Source: Nitrospira sp.
GTDB taxonomy: Bacteria; Nitrospirota; Nitrospiria; Nitrospirales; Nitrospiraceae
DNA: 64,000 bases
Assembly (NCBI GenBank): GCA_047150005.1
Contig: AP038806.1
Coordinates: forward strand, 704,001 to 768,000
Direction: 5' to 3'
In this document: positions 9,562 through 19,469 of the stretch, in pieces
How the letters are laid out: each line of letters begins with the position of its first letter
Numbering within the stretch: position 1 is the first letter of the stretch
The notes under the pieces: generated by a model
The model's input: only the letters and a program-made list of their open reading frames with translations
The model's database searches: none
What the model was told of the DNA's origin: nothing
Position numbers and translations under genes: made by a program

Positions 9562-10458
9562 TCAGCGCCGACGCGGGAAGTATCGTGTATGCACGGCCTT
9601 GAGCCGTTCCCGCTCCACGTGCGTGTAGATCTGGGTCGTCGCGATATTCGCGTGTCCGAGAAATGCTTGAACGGCCCGCAGATCCGCGCCGCCTTCGAGC
9701 AAATGCGTGGCGAAGGAGTGCCGGAGGACGTGCGGCGAGACCGCATGGAAAATGCCCGCCCGTCTCGCCCGGAGCTTCAGCATCTTCCAGAACGCCTGCC
9801 GGGTCATCGCCCCGCCGCGCCGCGACACGAACAGGTGACGGGATGTGCGCCTCTTGAGCAATCGTGGGCGCACATCCTCCACATACTGCTGCAGCAGCCG
9901 GCGCGCTGTCTCTCCCATCGGCACCAGCCGCTGTTTCGACCCTTTGCCCATCACCCGCAGACACCCCACCGCCAAATCGACCTGCGCCGTTTCGATCTTC
10001 ATCAATTCCGTCACACGGAGTCCGGTGGCATACAGCATTTCCGTCATCGTTCGATCGCGCGCATCTTCCAGGCTGGGCTGCGGAGATAAATCGAGCAACG
10101 CCGTCACCTCGCCCCGCGAGAGCGTTCGAGGCAAGCGCAGTCCGCGACGACCGACGGCGACGCCGGCGGCGGGATCATGGTCGATCAGTCGTTCCACTCG
10201 AAGAAACCGGAGCCATCCCCGCACCGCCGAGAGGCAGCGAGCCGACGACGGAGAGGAGAGCTTGGCCGCCCTGAGCGCTGCGAGGAACTTCCGCAGACTC
10301 GCCGAGGTCACGTGCTCCAACGACGGGGCGCCCTCGCGTTCGAGGTATAATTGAAATTTCGACAGGTCGCGCCGGTAGGCGTCGATCGTATTGCGCGCCA
10401 ATCCTCCCTCGATCCGAAGATGGTTCAGATATTGCTCGACCAATGGATCGGTCGTCAT
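9562..10458 (-). CDS. xerD: Tyrosine recombinase XerD
   Basis: YATGLRVTEL, GKGSKQRLVP, SPHVLRHSFATHLLEGGADLRAVQAFLGH...TTQIYTHV; probable ATG at 10458. Confidence 0.9.
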   Translation of the reverse strand: MTTDPLVEQYLNHLRIEGGLARNTIDAYRRDLSKFQLYLEREGAPSLEHVTSASLRKFLAALRAAKLSSPSSARCLSAVRGWLRFLRVERLIDHDPAAGVAVGRRGLRLPRTLSRGEVTALLDLSPQPSLEDARDRTMTEMLYATGLRVTELMKIETAQVDLAVGCLRVMGKGSKQRLVPMGETARRLLQQYVEDVRPRLLKRRTSRHLFVSRRGGAMTRQAFWKMLKLRARRAGIFHAVSPHVLRHSFATHLLEGGADLRAVQAFLGHANIATTQIYTHVERERLKAVHTRYFPRRR

Positions 10459-10633
10459 AACGTTGATGATAGCCAATGGTCGGACTTTTTGACAGTGGAA
10501 CCGACAGCGGACAACCTTGACACCCCACAGGGTTTCCGATAGTAGTCAGTTTTTACCGGAATCAGATCCCTGTAGTCCGCAACCGACCGTGAGTCTCCGA
10601 CCTTTTCACGCATGGCTCTGTTCCCTCGTCGAG

Positions 10634-12619
10634 ATGATCGCCGCATCCGGCGGCGGAGCGCGACGGGTGTTCTGCTGCGCCGCGCTGCTGGCAAGTGTGT
10701 GTATGTACGCGACCGCCCTGTCCGCACCGGCCGGGAAGGTGCCAGCCGGGAAATCCGAATCCGCCAAGGCTGAACCCGGCAAAAACGCGCCGGCAAATCA
10801 CCCGACCCTGAATCAGGCCAAGCGACTGATTGATCAAGGACAGGCGGAGGAAGCCGTCACGCTGCTTCGGCGGTTCCTCGCCACCTCGCCGAAACCGGAT
10901 CTCCTCGACGACACGTATCTGTTGCTCGCCGCCGCATTGTACGGCTCACAGCAATATGCCGAGAGTCTGAAGTACCTGCAGCAATTGCAGACGGAATTTC
11001 CCAATTCCGAGGTGAGCGATCGAGGAAAGCTGCTGCTCGCCAGGACCCATGCGGCCATGGGGAATCCCGATCTTGCGTTTCCCATTCTGACGGGAATCCG
11101 CACCCTGTCGCAGGACGAGACCGCGAAACGCGAGGCGGTGCACATCAGCGGAGAGCTGTATCTCCAGAAGAAAGAGTATTCCCGCGCCATCCAAGCTTGG
11201 CTGGAGGAGATTGCGCTGAGCACGGACGAACAGGCGGAAGAAATCCGTGGCCAGATCCGCGCCGTGATCAACGAGTCATTCGACAAGAAGGCGCTCGAGC
11301 GGATCCGGGAAGCCTATCCGAAGAGCTTTCCCGGCGACCTGGCTTCGATCCGGCTGATCGAACTGTATCTGAGCCGTGGAGAGGACCATCAGGCCGCCAG
11401 GCAAATTCAGCAGTTCCTCGTCCATTTCCCCGCCCATCCCTATGGCGCGAAAGCAACCGACCAGCTCGCTTCGCTGCAGACCAAGCTGAAATCGCATCAG
11501 TTCTTGATCGCAGCCGTCCTCCCGCTTTCGGGCAAGCTGGCCCCGTTCTCGAATGAGGTCTTGAGCGGGATCGAACTGGCGGTGACATTGAACGGCGTGC
11601 GTGCGGGGGGACCGTCGGTGGGGTTGTTGGTCAAGGATCCCGAGGCCGAGCGTGGATCGTTCATCGACGATCTCGGTTCGGTACTGGCGAACGACCGGCC
11701 GATCGCGGTCATCGGGCCGCTCCTCTCGAAAAATCTTCCGGTCATGGCCGAATTGGCGGAACGCGCGCACATCCCCCTGCTGACCCCGACGGCCACGCTT
11801 CCCAATGTCCGGCGCCTCGGCAGCTATACCTTCAGCACGGCGCTGACCTATCAGCTGCAGGCCAAACGCATCGCCGCCTACGCGGTGGGCGAGCAGGGAT
11901 TCCGCCGCTTCTGCATCCTGCATCCGGACACGGCGTACGGGCGCGAACTCGCCCGCTGGTTCGCACAGGAGGTCCACGCGCACGACGGCGAGATCATCGC
12001 GATCGAATCGTACAAGGAGGGTGAGAGCGACCTCGGCCCCCAGCTCAAGCGGATGAAGGCCGAGGACCTCAAGAAATACGGGCTCTCAGTCCCCGTGGAT
12101 CAGGCGAAACTCGGAGGCAAGTCCACGAAGATGGACAAGAAAGTCCTCTATACGCCGGGGTTCGACGCCATCTATATTCCAGGGCGGGCTGCGGACGTGG
12201 GGCTCATCGCCGCACAATTGAATTTTCACGACATGAGGGTCCCGTTTCTCGGCAGCAACGGGTGGAACGTGTCGGACTTCGCCCGGACCGCCGATCAATC
12301 GATCGACGGATCCGTGTTTGTGGACGGTTTTTTTGTCGACAGCCCTAATCCGAACGTTCAGGAGTTCGTCGAGCACTACAAGAAGCGGTTTCAGACGAAC
12401 CCGACCCTCTTCGCCATGCAAGGGTACGATGCCGCGCGGTTCGTCCTCGAGGCCCTCAGAAAAGGCGCGGCCTCCGGCGAGGCGGTGAAGGATTTCCTGG
12501 TGTCGCAACCGGACCTTCCCGCGCTGGGAGGGCCGGCCGCCTTTCTGGCCGACGGCTCGCTCAATCGACCGCTCTTTCTCATTCAGGTCAAGCGCGGTCG
12601 TTTCGTGCAGGTGGACTAG
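10634..12619 (+). CDS. TPR plus periplasmic-binding-fold protein, LpoA/LppC-like PBP activator
   Basis: Signal-like N-terminus, TPR helices, then IAAVLPLSG...VIGPLLS...YGRELARWF...AMQGYDA; start uncertain (ORF open from 10517, where the TTG is part of a TTGACA). Confidence 0.75.
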   Translation: MIAASGGGARRVFCCAALLASVCMYATALSAPAGKVPAGKSESAKAEPGKNAPANHPTLNQAKRLIDQGQAEEAVTLLRRFLATSPKPDLLDDTYLLLAAALYGSQQYAESLKYLQQLQTEFPNSEVSDRGKLLLARTHAAMGNPDLAFPILTGIRTLSQDETAKREAVHISGELYLQKKEYSRAIQAWLEEIALSTDEQAEEIRGQIRAVINESFDKKALERIREAYPKSFPGDLASIRLIELYLSRGEDHQAARQIQQFLVHFPAHPYGAKATDQLASLQTKLKSHQFLIAAVLPLSGKLAPFSNEVLSGIELAVTLNGVRAGGPSVGLLVKDPEAERGSFIDDLGSVLANDRPIAVIGPLLSKNLPVMAELAERAHIPLLTPTATLPNVRRLGSYTFSTALTYQLQAKRIAAYAVGEQGFRRFCILHPDTAYGRELARWFAQEVHAHDGEIIAIESYKEGESDLGPQLKRMKAEDLKKYGLSVPVDQAKLGGKSTKMDKKVLYTPGFDAIYIPGRAADVGLIAAQLNFHDMRVPFLGSNGWNVSDFARTADQSIDGSVFVDGFFVDSPNPNVQEFVEHYKKRFQTNPTLFAMQGYDAARFVLEALRKGAASGEAVKDFLVSQPDLPALGGPAAFLADGSLNRPLFLIQVKRGRFVQVD

Positions 12620-12664
12620 ACAGGCGGGCTAGAATAGAGCGAACAGGACGGCTGACTCGTCGAC

Positions 12665-13411
12665 ATGAACGGCATCGGCAATATTCTCTATCAGATTTCG
12701 TACATGGGACTCCCCCTGCTGTTCGCCATGGTGCTGCACGAGTACGCGCACGGATGGATGGCGGACAAATGCGGGGATCCTACGGCCAAACTCCAGGGGC
12801 GACTGACCTTGAATCCATTGGCGCACATCGATCCATTCGGAACGATCCTCATGCCGTTGCTCTGTCTGATGCTGCCCGGCAGCTTTCTGCTCGGGTGGGC
12901 CAAACCGGTGCCGATCGACCCCAGAAACATGACCCATCCTCGGCGTGACATGGCCCTTGTAGCTGCGGCCGGACCGGGAATGAATCTCGCGTTGGCCGTC
13001 GTCAGCGCACTGGCTCTCGCCGCGATCTTGACTATTGATCCCGGCCTCTCCATCCGCGGGGCGTCCGGCACAGCCGATGCGCCGAGTCCGTCGATCAATT
13101 CGGTGTTCCTGCTGCCCGTCGCGGTCATGGCATTTTACTCGGTGTTCATCAACGTATTCCTCGGCCTCTTCAACTTGATTCCGATCCCCCCGCTCGACGG
13201 GGGACGCATTCTCGTCAGTCTGCTGCCGCCTCAGCCGGCCATGACGCTGGCTCGCCTGGAGCCGTACGGCATGTTGATTCTGGTCGGGCTGCTGGTGTTC
13301 GATAAAGAGCTCCGAGTCATCCATACGATTTCGAGCGTCTTCGCAACCGGCCTCTCAGGAACGTTGCTCTCAACCGCCCTGGACCTCAGCACAGGAGGAT
13401 CCGCTCAATGA
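12665..13411 (+). CDS. Site-2 protease (M50) family membrane metalloprotease
   Basis: HEYAH, AAAGPGMN and FNLIPIPPLDGG motifs. Confidence 0.93.
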   Translation: MNGIGNILYQISYMGLPLLFAMVLHEYAHGWMADKCGDPTAKLQGRLTLNPLAHIDPFGTILMPLLCLMLPGSFLLGWAKPVPIDPRNMTHPRRDMALVAAAGPGMNLALAVVSALALAAILTIDPGLSIRGASGTADAPSPSINSVFLLPVAVMAFYSVFINVFLGLFNLIPIPPLDGGRILVSLLPPQPAMTLARLEPYGMLILVGLLVFDKELRVIHTISSVFATGLSGTLLSTALDLSTGGSAQ

Positions 13412-14394
13412 CCGGCAGGAAACGGGTGCTCAGCGGCATGCAGCCGAGCGGATTGCTGCACCTGGGGAATTACCTCGGCGCCCTGGAAAACTGGAAAGCC
13501 CTGCAAGACCAACACGAGTGCTATTTCTTCGTCGCCGATTGGCACGCCCTCTCGTCCAACTACGCGGACACCAGCCGGATCCGTGAATTCGTGCGCGAAT
13601 TGCTGATCGATTGGCTTGCGGCCGGGATCGATCCGGTCCGCTCCACGGTCTTCATCCAGTCACGAATACCCGAGCACGCCGTGCTGCATCTCCTCTTCTC
13701 GATGATCATCCCGGTGTCCTGGCTCGAACGAAATCCGACTTACAAGGAGAAACAGGAAGAAATCAAGGAGAAGGATCTCAGTACGTACGGCTTTCTCGGC
13801 TATCCGGTGCTTCAGGCCGCCGATATCTTATTGTACAAACCGGACTTCGTGCCGGTCGGTAAGGACCAGCTTCCCCATCTGGAACTGACGCGCGAATTGG
13901 CCAGGCGATTCAACAGTCTGTATCGTCCGGTGTTCCCGGAGCCGATGGAGCATCTGACCAAGTTTCCCAAAGTGCTGGGCACCGACGGCCGAAAGATGAG
14001 CAAGAGCTACGGCAACACCATCAATCTTTCAGACACCGAGCCTGTCGTACGCCAGAAATTAAAGACGATGATGACCGACCCGGCCCGCGTCCGGCGTCAT
14101 GATCCTGGCAATCCCGACGTGTGCCCGGTCTACGACTTCCACAAGATCTTTTCGCCCCTTCCGGTCATCCAACAGATCAACCGAGAATGCCGTACGGCTG
14201 CGATCGGCTGCATTGATTGCAAGAAACTCGTGGCCGACCGGTTGGTCGAACGGCTGACCCCCATCTGGGAAGCCCGTGCCGCCCTGACGAAAGAACCGTC
14301 ACGGCTCGAGGAGATCGTGGAAGAAGGAAGCCGCAAGGCCGGCGAGGTCGCCAAGGCCACGCTGCACGACGCGACCGAAGCCATGCGGATCTAG
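13408..14394 (+). CDS. trpS: Tryptophan--tRNA ligase
   Basis: SGMQPSG, HLGN, YPVLQAADIL, VPVGKDQ and KMSKS. Confidence 0.97.
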   Translation: MTGRKRVLSGMQPSGLLHLGNYLGALENWKALQDQHECYFFVADWHALSSNYADTSRIREFVRELLIDWLAAGIDPVRSTVFIQSRIPEHAVLHLLFSMIIPVSWLERNPTYKEKQEEIKEKDLSTYGFLGYPVLQAADILLYKPDFVPVGKDQLPHLELTRELARRFNSLYRPVFPEPMEHLTKFPKVLGTDGRKMSKSYGNTINLSDTEPVVRQKLKTMMTDPARVRRHDPGNPDVCPVYDFHKIFSPLPVIQQINRECRTAAIGCIDCKKLVADRLVERLTPIWEARAALTKEPSRLEEIVEEGSRKAGEVAKATLHDATEAMRI

Positions 14395-14400
14395 TCCGCC

Positions 14401-14763
14401 ATGACGGCGCCCACGCTGCTATCCTATACAATCCAGACCGTTGCGCTTTTCTCGTCGCGACGCCGGACCGTTGGGATTATCGTGCTGGTTGGTCTGCTGG
14501 GTTGCATCGCCCGCGGCGGCCAGGCGGCCGATCCTCCTTGCGATCGATATCCGCCGGCCAAACAAGTCCGTTGCGCCGAAATCTGGAAAGCGCTGAATCA
14601 GGAGGACGGGTCGTCCATCGCGCAATTTGGATTGGAGCAGCAACGGCGCCGTGACGCGGGACAGATCACGGCGGAGCAACATCTGGCTCAGAACATGGAG
14701 TTCATCAAACACTCGACCGAGCGGCGATTGGAACGGCTCAAAGAGCGGATGGCGAAAGAGTAG
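14401..14763 (+). CDS. Hypothetical exported protein
   Basis: Hydrophobic N-terminal segment, two Cys, helical C-terminus; start uncertain. Confidence 0.6.
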   Translation: MTAPTLLSYTIQTVALFSSRRRTVGIIVLVGLLGCIARGGQAADPPCDRYPPAKQVRCAEIWKALNQEDGSSIAQFGLEQQRRRDAGQITAEQHLAQNMEFIKHSTERRLERLKERMAKE

Positions 14764-14766
14764 CCG

Positions 14767-15264
14767 TCATAGATCCTCGGGTTTTTGGGTTTCCATCATT
14801 CGGCCAGCCGTATCGAGCAGCTCCCGGCTCACGATGATCGGCGCGTTGAAGTGAATGGCGAGCGCGATCGAATCCGAAGAGCGGCTGTCGAATACTTTCG
14901 TGTCCCCTCGGACGGCCACCGTCAGCGCCCCGTAGTACGTGCCCCCTTTCAAGGTGATGATCGTCTGCGTGACCGTCCCTCCGTAAGCCTCAAGAATCGT
15001 GTGCATCAGGTCATGCGTCAGGGGTCGGGCCAGCTTTTCGCGATTGAGCGCTCCCTGAATCGACAAGGCCACCGTCAAATCGACGAATATCGGAATGGCC
15101 TTTCCTTCGGCCTGCAACAGCACGACCGGTCCGTGATCGGACAGGCGGACCTTGACATCAGTAATCTTGACCGGCTCGGACGATTTCGACGGGGCCTCTT
15201 CCGCAAGACCGATGGACCAGCCGGCGACTACCAATAAGAGGGCGAACAGAATACCTCTGATCAT
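14767..15264 (-). CDS. Bifunctional nuclease (DUF151) family protein with a signal peptide
   Basis: PVVLL...IPIFV, RPLTHDL, FDSRSSDSIALA motifs; GGAGGTG RBS before ATG 15264. Confidence 0.85.
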   Translation of the reverse strand: MIRGILFALLLVVAGWSIGLAEEAPSKSSEPVKITDVKVRLSDHGPVVLLQAEGKAIPIFVDLTVALSIQGALNREKLARPLTHDLMHTILEAYGGTVTQTIITLKGGTYYGALTVAVRGDTKVFDSRSSDSIALAIHFNAPIIVSRELLDTAGRMMETQKPEDL

Positions 15265-15421
15265 TGGACACCTCCTCCACCCGAAGCTGAACATTCGTCA
15301 TCTGATCCGTCGGCCTTCGACAGGGCGAGACGCTTTCCCAGAATCGAGCTCGGCTCATGATCACGCGCGACCCGTGAGGTGAGCCGCTATGACTTGGAGT
15401 TCGCCCGCCCCTGCCGACCGG

Positions 15422-16060
15422 TCACGGACGGATAAACTGGTTGGACTCCTTTTCCCAGCCGATTTCGGTCTCCGTTCCGTGCCCAGTCACCACGATCGTC
15501 CCCTCATCCAACGTATACAGCCGCTCGCGAATGGACCGTTCGATGCTGTCGAAATCTCCACCCCAGAGGTCCGTTCGTCCGATACTGCCGCGGAACAATG
15601 TGTCGCCGGCCAGCACGATCTTCTGATCCGGCAAATGAAAGCTCATGGATCCCGGCGTATGGCCGGGTGTATGGAGGGCGACCATCGTCTCGGCTCCGAA
15701 TGAGATCTTCTCCTCGTCGCGCAGCCAATGATCCGGCAGCGGAACGGCTACATAGGGGACCCCGAACATCCGGCACTGGACGTCGAGCATGGTCCACAGC
15801 TCACGATCGGCCGGGTGCAGACACAGAGCAGCCCCCGTGGCCTTCTTGATCTCGCCGGAAGCGAGAAAATGATCGAAGTGGGCATGTGTATGGAGGATCG
15901 CGGTGACCGATAGCCCCAGCTGCCGGATCTCGCGCAGGATGCGCTCGTGGGCGCCGCCCGGGTCGACGACGAGGGCCTGCCCGGAGACGGGATCCCCGAG
16001 GATGGAACAATTGCATCCGAGGGGCGGCACGGGAAACGTTTTCCGGATAAAATCGGTCAT
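15422..16060 (-). CDS. MBL-fold metallo-hydrolase (glyoxalase II-like)
   Basis: THAHFDH, TPGHTPG, GDTLFRGSIGRTDL, GHG. Confidence 0.92.
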   Translation of the reverse strand: MTDFIRKTFPVPPLGCNCSILGDPVSGQALVVDPGGAHERILREIRQLGLSVTAILHTHAHFDHFLASGEIKKATGAALCLHPADRELWTMLDVQCRMFGVPYVAVPLPDHWLRDEEKISFGAETMVALHTPGHTPGSMSFHLPDQKIVLAGDTLFRGSIGRTDLWGGDFDSIERSIRERLYTLDEGTIVVTGHGTETEIGWEKESNQFIRP

Positions 16061-16211
16061 GACGGCGGCGCGCTCCACTCTGCGTCCTTCTCTGATGAGG
16101 ATAGCGTGCGCAAGACCGGAGGGTCAAACCGCGTCGATCGAGAATCCTCATGGACAACCGCCGGTGAAGCATGGATAATCGCCCCCCAAGGAGCACGGCA
16201 AGGAGCATGGA

Positions 16212-16946
16212 GTGATGCGCGACCGCCCTCTCGTTCGGCAGGTGTTGATGACCCTGCTCGCCATCGGCATCGTGACTGCGACCGGCTGCAAGCCGGACGA
16301 TTCGCCGCTGCGGGCGGACAATGACCAACTCAAGAAGCAGCTGGCCAGACAGGAATCCCTCGTGTCGTCGTTGCAGGACGGGAACAAGGTCATGCAGCAG
16401 CAGATCGACCTGCTCAATCAAGAGCTCCGTGACGCGAAAAAGGCCGTGGAGAGCGCGAAAGCCGAAGCCAAGGCGGCGGCCGACCAATTGGACACGCAAT
16501 TGATCCAAGCCAGAAAATTGACGGCCGACATCAAACGGACCGCCGTCGAGCAGGCCGCGCAGAGCATTCACGTCGACACGAGGGGCTCGCAGATGGAAGA
16601 CACGCCGCATGCGTTGAGCACGGTCGCAAAAACCGTGGAGGACGCGTTGGGTCGGAACGGATATCAGGTGAAGGTCAGCGTCAGAACGGAGCAGAAGGCC
16701 GTGTATGTCACCGAGCGCAAGATCTCCAATCCCGTGTCGCTGGAGGTGGCCGGCTTCCGGAATCAATACGTGGTGTCTCTTCAGGCCCAGCCGACCAATC
16801 TTACGCGCCTGACCGTCAAGGCCGATTTCGAGAAACTGGCCCAAGGCGGGCGAATCCTGAGCGTCAGCTCCGAAGAAACCGCCGAGATCGAACGGCGACT
16901 GATCGGCGAGATCAGCAAGGCCCTGGCCGCGCCAAGCAAGACGTAA
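16212..16946 (+). CDS. Hypothetical coiled-coil lipoprotein
   Basis: ATGC lipobox, heptad-rich segment, alpha/beta C-terminal domain; RBS-like GGAG upstream. Confidence 0.75.
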   Translation: MMRDRPLVRQVLMTLLAIGIVTATGCKPDDSPLRADNDQLKKQLARQESLVSSLQDGNKVMQQQIDLLNQELRDAKKAVESAKAEAKAAADQLDTQLIQARKLTADIKRTAVEQAAQSIHVDTRGSQMEDTPHALSTVAKTVEDALGRNGYQVKVSVRTEQKAVYVTERKISNPVSLEVAGFRNQYVVSLQAQPTNLTRLTVKADFEKLAQGGRILSVSSEETAEIERRLIGEISKALAAPSKT

Positions 16947-17851
16947 TGCCTTCTTTCCGGCCCGTCTGTTTCGCAGTCTTCCTTGCGCTGTTCGCGCTTC
17001 CCGCCCTCGCCGCGACAACCACCCCCTCTGCGGAGCTCTCCCGCCACCTCGCCGCAATTGCGGCGCTGGCCGTCCCCTCGCCCACGATCGTGATTCCGGC
17101 CGGTCAGTTTCTGCTCGGCAGCAAGCGGATCGACGACGACCCCTACGGACTCTGGACGCAATTCGACGACACGGAGCTTCCCCAGCAGCGCGTATGGCTC
17201 GATGCGTACGCCATGGATCGGGACGAGGTGAGCCTGGGCGAATATCTCCTCTTTTTGCAGCACCGCAAACAGACCCCCTCCGAAGAATTACAGAAACTGA
17301 TCTGGCACGTCATCACCGTCCATTCCATCTCGGACCATACGTTGAGCCGATGGCCGGCACTCTACGTGACGTGGTACGAGGCCAGAGACCTGTGCAGCTC
17401 CAAGAGGAAGCGTCTGCCGACGGAAGCGGAATGGGAAAAGAGTGCGCGCGGCGTAGACGGGAGCCTGTTCCCGTGGGGATCACAGGCGCCCGACAACCGG
17501 CTTGCGATGTTCGGCCAGCATCATGTTCACGAAATTCCCATTCTCGCCCCGGTTGATTCCCTTGAGGACGGTCGCAGCCCCTACGGCGTCCACCATTCGG
17601 CCGGAAACGTCGCCGAATGGGTGCAGGACTGGTTCGGCTTCGACTATTACGCCTACATGCCGGAGCGCAATCCTCCGGGGCCTGTGAGCGGGCGATACAA
17701 GAGCGTCCGTGGCGGGTCGTGGAAGAGCAAGGCGATCATGCTCCGCACCGCGACACGGGGCGGCGCGCCGCCGGACAATCGCTCACCGACCATCGGCTTT
17801 CGCTGCGCGGCCACTGTTTCGCCTTCAGGGCAACCACCAAACGAAAAGTGA
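16946..17851 (+). CDS. Formylglycine-generating enzyme (SUMF1)-like exported protein
   Basis: RLPTEAEWEKSARG, GNVAEWV, RGGSW, IGFRC; lacks the catalytic Cys pair after RGGS. Confidence 0.88.
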   Translation: MPSFRPVCFAVFLALFALPALAATTTPSAELSRHLAAIAALAVPSPTIVIPAGQFLLGSKRIDDDPYGLWTQFDDTELPQQRVWLDAYAMDRDEVSLGEYLLFLQHRKQTPSEELQKLIWHVITVHSISDHTLSRWPALYVTWYEARDLCSSKRKRLPTEAEWEKSARGVDGSLFPWGSQAPDNRLAMFGQHHVHEIPILAPVDSLEDGRSPYGVHHSAGNVAEWVQDWFGFDYYAYMPERNPPGPVSGRYKSVRGGSWKSKAIMLRTATRGGAPPDNRSPTIGFRCAATVSPSGQPPNEK

Positions 17852-17933
17852 CGCTCTGCTTGGCGGACCGCGGTCGCCGTGATAGCCTGGGCTCCGAGTC
17901 GACGCGGATCGACCTCGGCCGCTCTCCTCTATT

Positions 17934-18605
17934 ATGCGACACAAGGTATTCATCGGCGGCTTCATCGTCGCCATCACGCTGGTCGGCTGCTCTTCCATGC
18001 AACGGGACCGAACCGGTTCCGCACCTGCGCCCACCCAGGACTGTTGCCGCTCGGCAGACGTCGCGCCCAGCCGATCGGCCATCGTCCGGACCGCCGCCAG
18101 GCTCGTCGGTGCACGCACCGTCGAAGTGAACGGCAACCGAATCAACTATGACTGCGCCGGTGTCACGCGCGCCGTGTTTCTCGAACACGGCATCGATCTC
18201 TACGAAAGTCGTGCGACAGACCGACATGCCAATGGAGTCCGGCTCATTTATAACCACATCCGGGAATTCGGTAGGGTCCACCAGGGACCGGCGGTCAGGC
18301 CCGGAGACCTGGTCTTCTTCGACAACACCTGGGACTCCAACGGCGACGGGAAAATGAACGATCCGCTCACGCACGTGGGTATCGTTGAGCGGCAGGACCG
18401 TGACGGCACCATCACCTTCATCAGCCGTGTCTCAGGAGCCGTGGAGCGCTACCACATGAACCTCGGCTTGCCGCATGTTCACCGCGCCGGAGACGGGACA
18501 ATTCTCAACGATCATCTCCGGCGCAAGGATACCGGCGTCGCAGACCGGGCCGGATATCTGACCGGCGAACTGTTCGCCGGATTCGGCACCAGAACCGGGC
18601 TTTAG
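17934..18605 (+). CDS. NlpC/P60-family lipoprotein (putative cell-wall peptidase)
   Basis: LVGC lipobox; YDCAG, PGDLVFF and HVGI motifs. Confidence 0.82.
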   Translation: MRHKVFIGGFIVAITLVGCSSMQRDRTGSAPAPTQDCCRSADVAPSRSAIVRTAARLVGARTVEVNGNRINYDCAGVTRAVFLEHGIDLYESRATDRHANGVRLIYNHIREFGRVHQGPAVRPGDLVFFDNTWDSNGDGKMNDPLTHVGIVERQDRDGTITFISRVSGAVERYHMNLGLPHVHRAGDGTILNDHLRRKDTGVADRAGYLTGELFAGFGTRTGL

Positions 18606-18802
18606 CCGCCCGCCAAAGCGCTGCTTGGCCAACGCCGGCCCCCGGTGCGTGGCCGCCATTCTTGGTTCTCTGTTCGCCCCCGTGCAGACCAACGCTGGCG
18701 TCATGGCCGGCGCGCGCTATACTTAGACCATACGTCCGGTGCTCATCCGTACCTATCTGCCGCACGAACGCGGTGATCCGGGACTCAATCCAAGGAGGGA
18801 GT

Positions 18803-18967
18803 ATGGCGAAGACCGCGGCCTATTGCAGCGATTGTTACAACAAGGTAGGACGGACGGAGGATGTGCAGGTCCAGGCAGCAGAAAAGTCGGGACAGGTTCC
18901 GATGACCGGCCAAGGAACCTGCTGCAAATGCAGCAAGGCCACCGTCGTCGTGTATTACGAGAGCTAA
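18803..18967 (+). CDS. 54-aa Cys-rich, Zn-ribbon-like small protein
   Basis: AGGAGG RBS before ATG 18803; MAKTAAYCSDC...TCCKC...YYES; TATACT upstream at ~18718. Confidence 0.75.
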   Translation: MAKTAAYCSDCYNKVGRTEDVQVQAAEKSGQVPMTGQGTCCKCSKATVVVYYES

Positions 18968-18981
18968 GGGGACTACGCCTG

Positions 18982-19311
18982 CTAGGCGTGTCCGCTGCCT
19001 TCAGCCTCTTCAAATTCGTCGAGCAGTTGCTCTAACTCGTCGAGTTCTTTCTGATCGACATGCTGAAATTCGACGCCGAACTGGTTCGGCTCAACCCAGC
19101 GAACCAGCGCCTCCGGAATCGAAACCGGCTCTTCAACCCCCGGAATCAGCAGGCGGATCACGATCATTTTTCCCGGATGGACATCCAGGCTGCTTTCGAT
19201 CTTTGCGCCTCCGAGCGACAGATCCACGGTCGTACCCTCGACCTCGTGTGAGTTGCCGCACAGCAGTCCCTTGATTTGAGCCGGTACACGCCGATACTTT
19301 CTGCGTTCCAT
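18982..19311 (-). CDS. Stand-alone PilZ domain protein
   Basis: RRKYRR (RxxxR) and DLSLGG (DxSxxG) c-di-GMP motifs, GVEF. Confidence 0.9.
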   Translation of the reverse strand: MERRKYRRVPAQIKGLLCGNSHEVEGTTVDLSLGGAKIESSLDVHPGKMIVIRLLIPGVEEPVSIPEALVRWVEPNQFGVEFQHVDQKELDELEQLLDEFEEAEGSGHA

Positions 19312-19469
19312 GAAACCCGCCCCTCGCTGCCGGATCCCATCGGCGGAACCGTCACCGCTCCGATGACGTCGGCAGCATACTCGCTTTCCGCGCCGAAATC
19401 ATCCGAACAGGACCGGCACACCCCTGGCGCAACATCTGCGCAATTTTCAGAGCCTGCTACACTTGTGAC

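Noticed and set aside
9139..10458. Tyrosine recombinase beside two tRNAs as a possible island integrase with att site
   Set aside because: Motifs match housekeeping XerD, I saw no duplicated tRNA 3' end in the window, and the flanks are core genes.
19413..19440. GG-N10-GC sigma54-like motifs upstream of the paralog pair
   Set aside because: Imperfect match that is likely by chance in GC-rich DNA; an extended -10 explains the gene start better.
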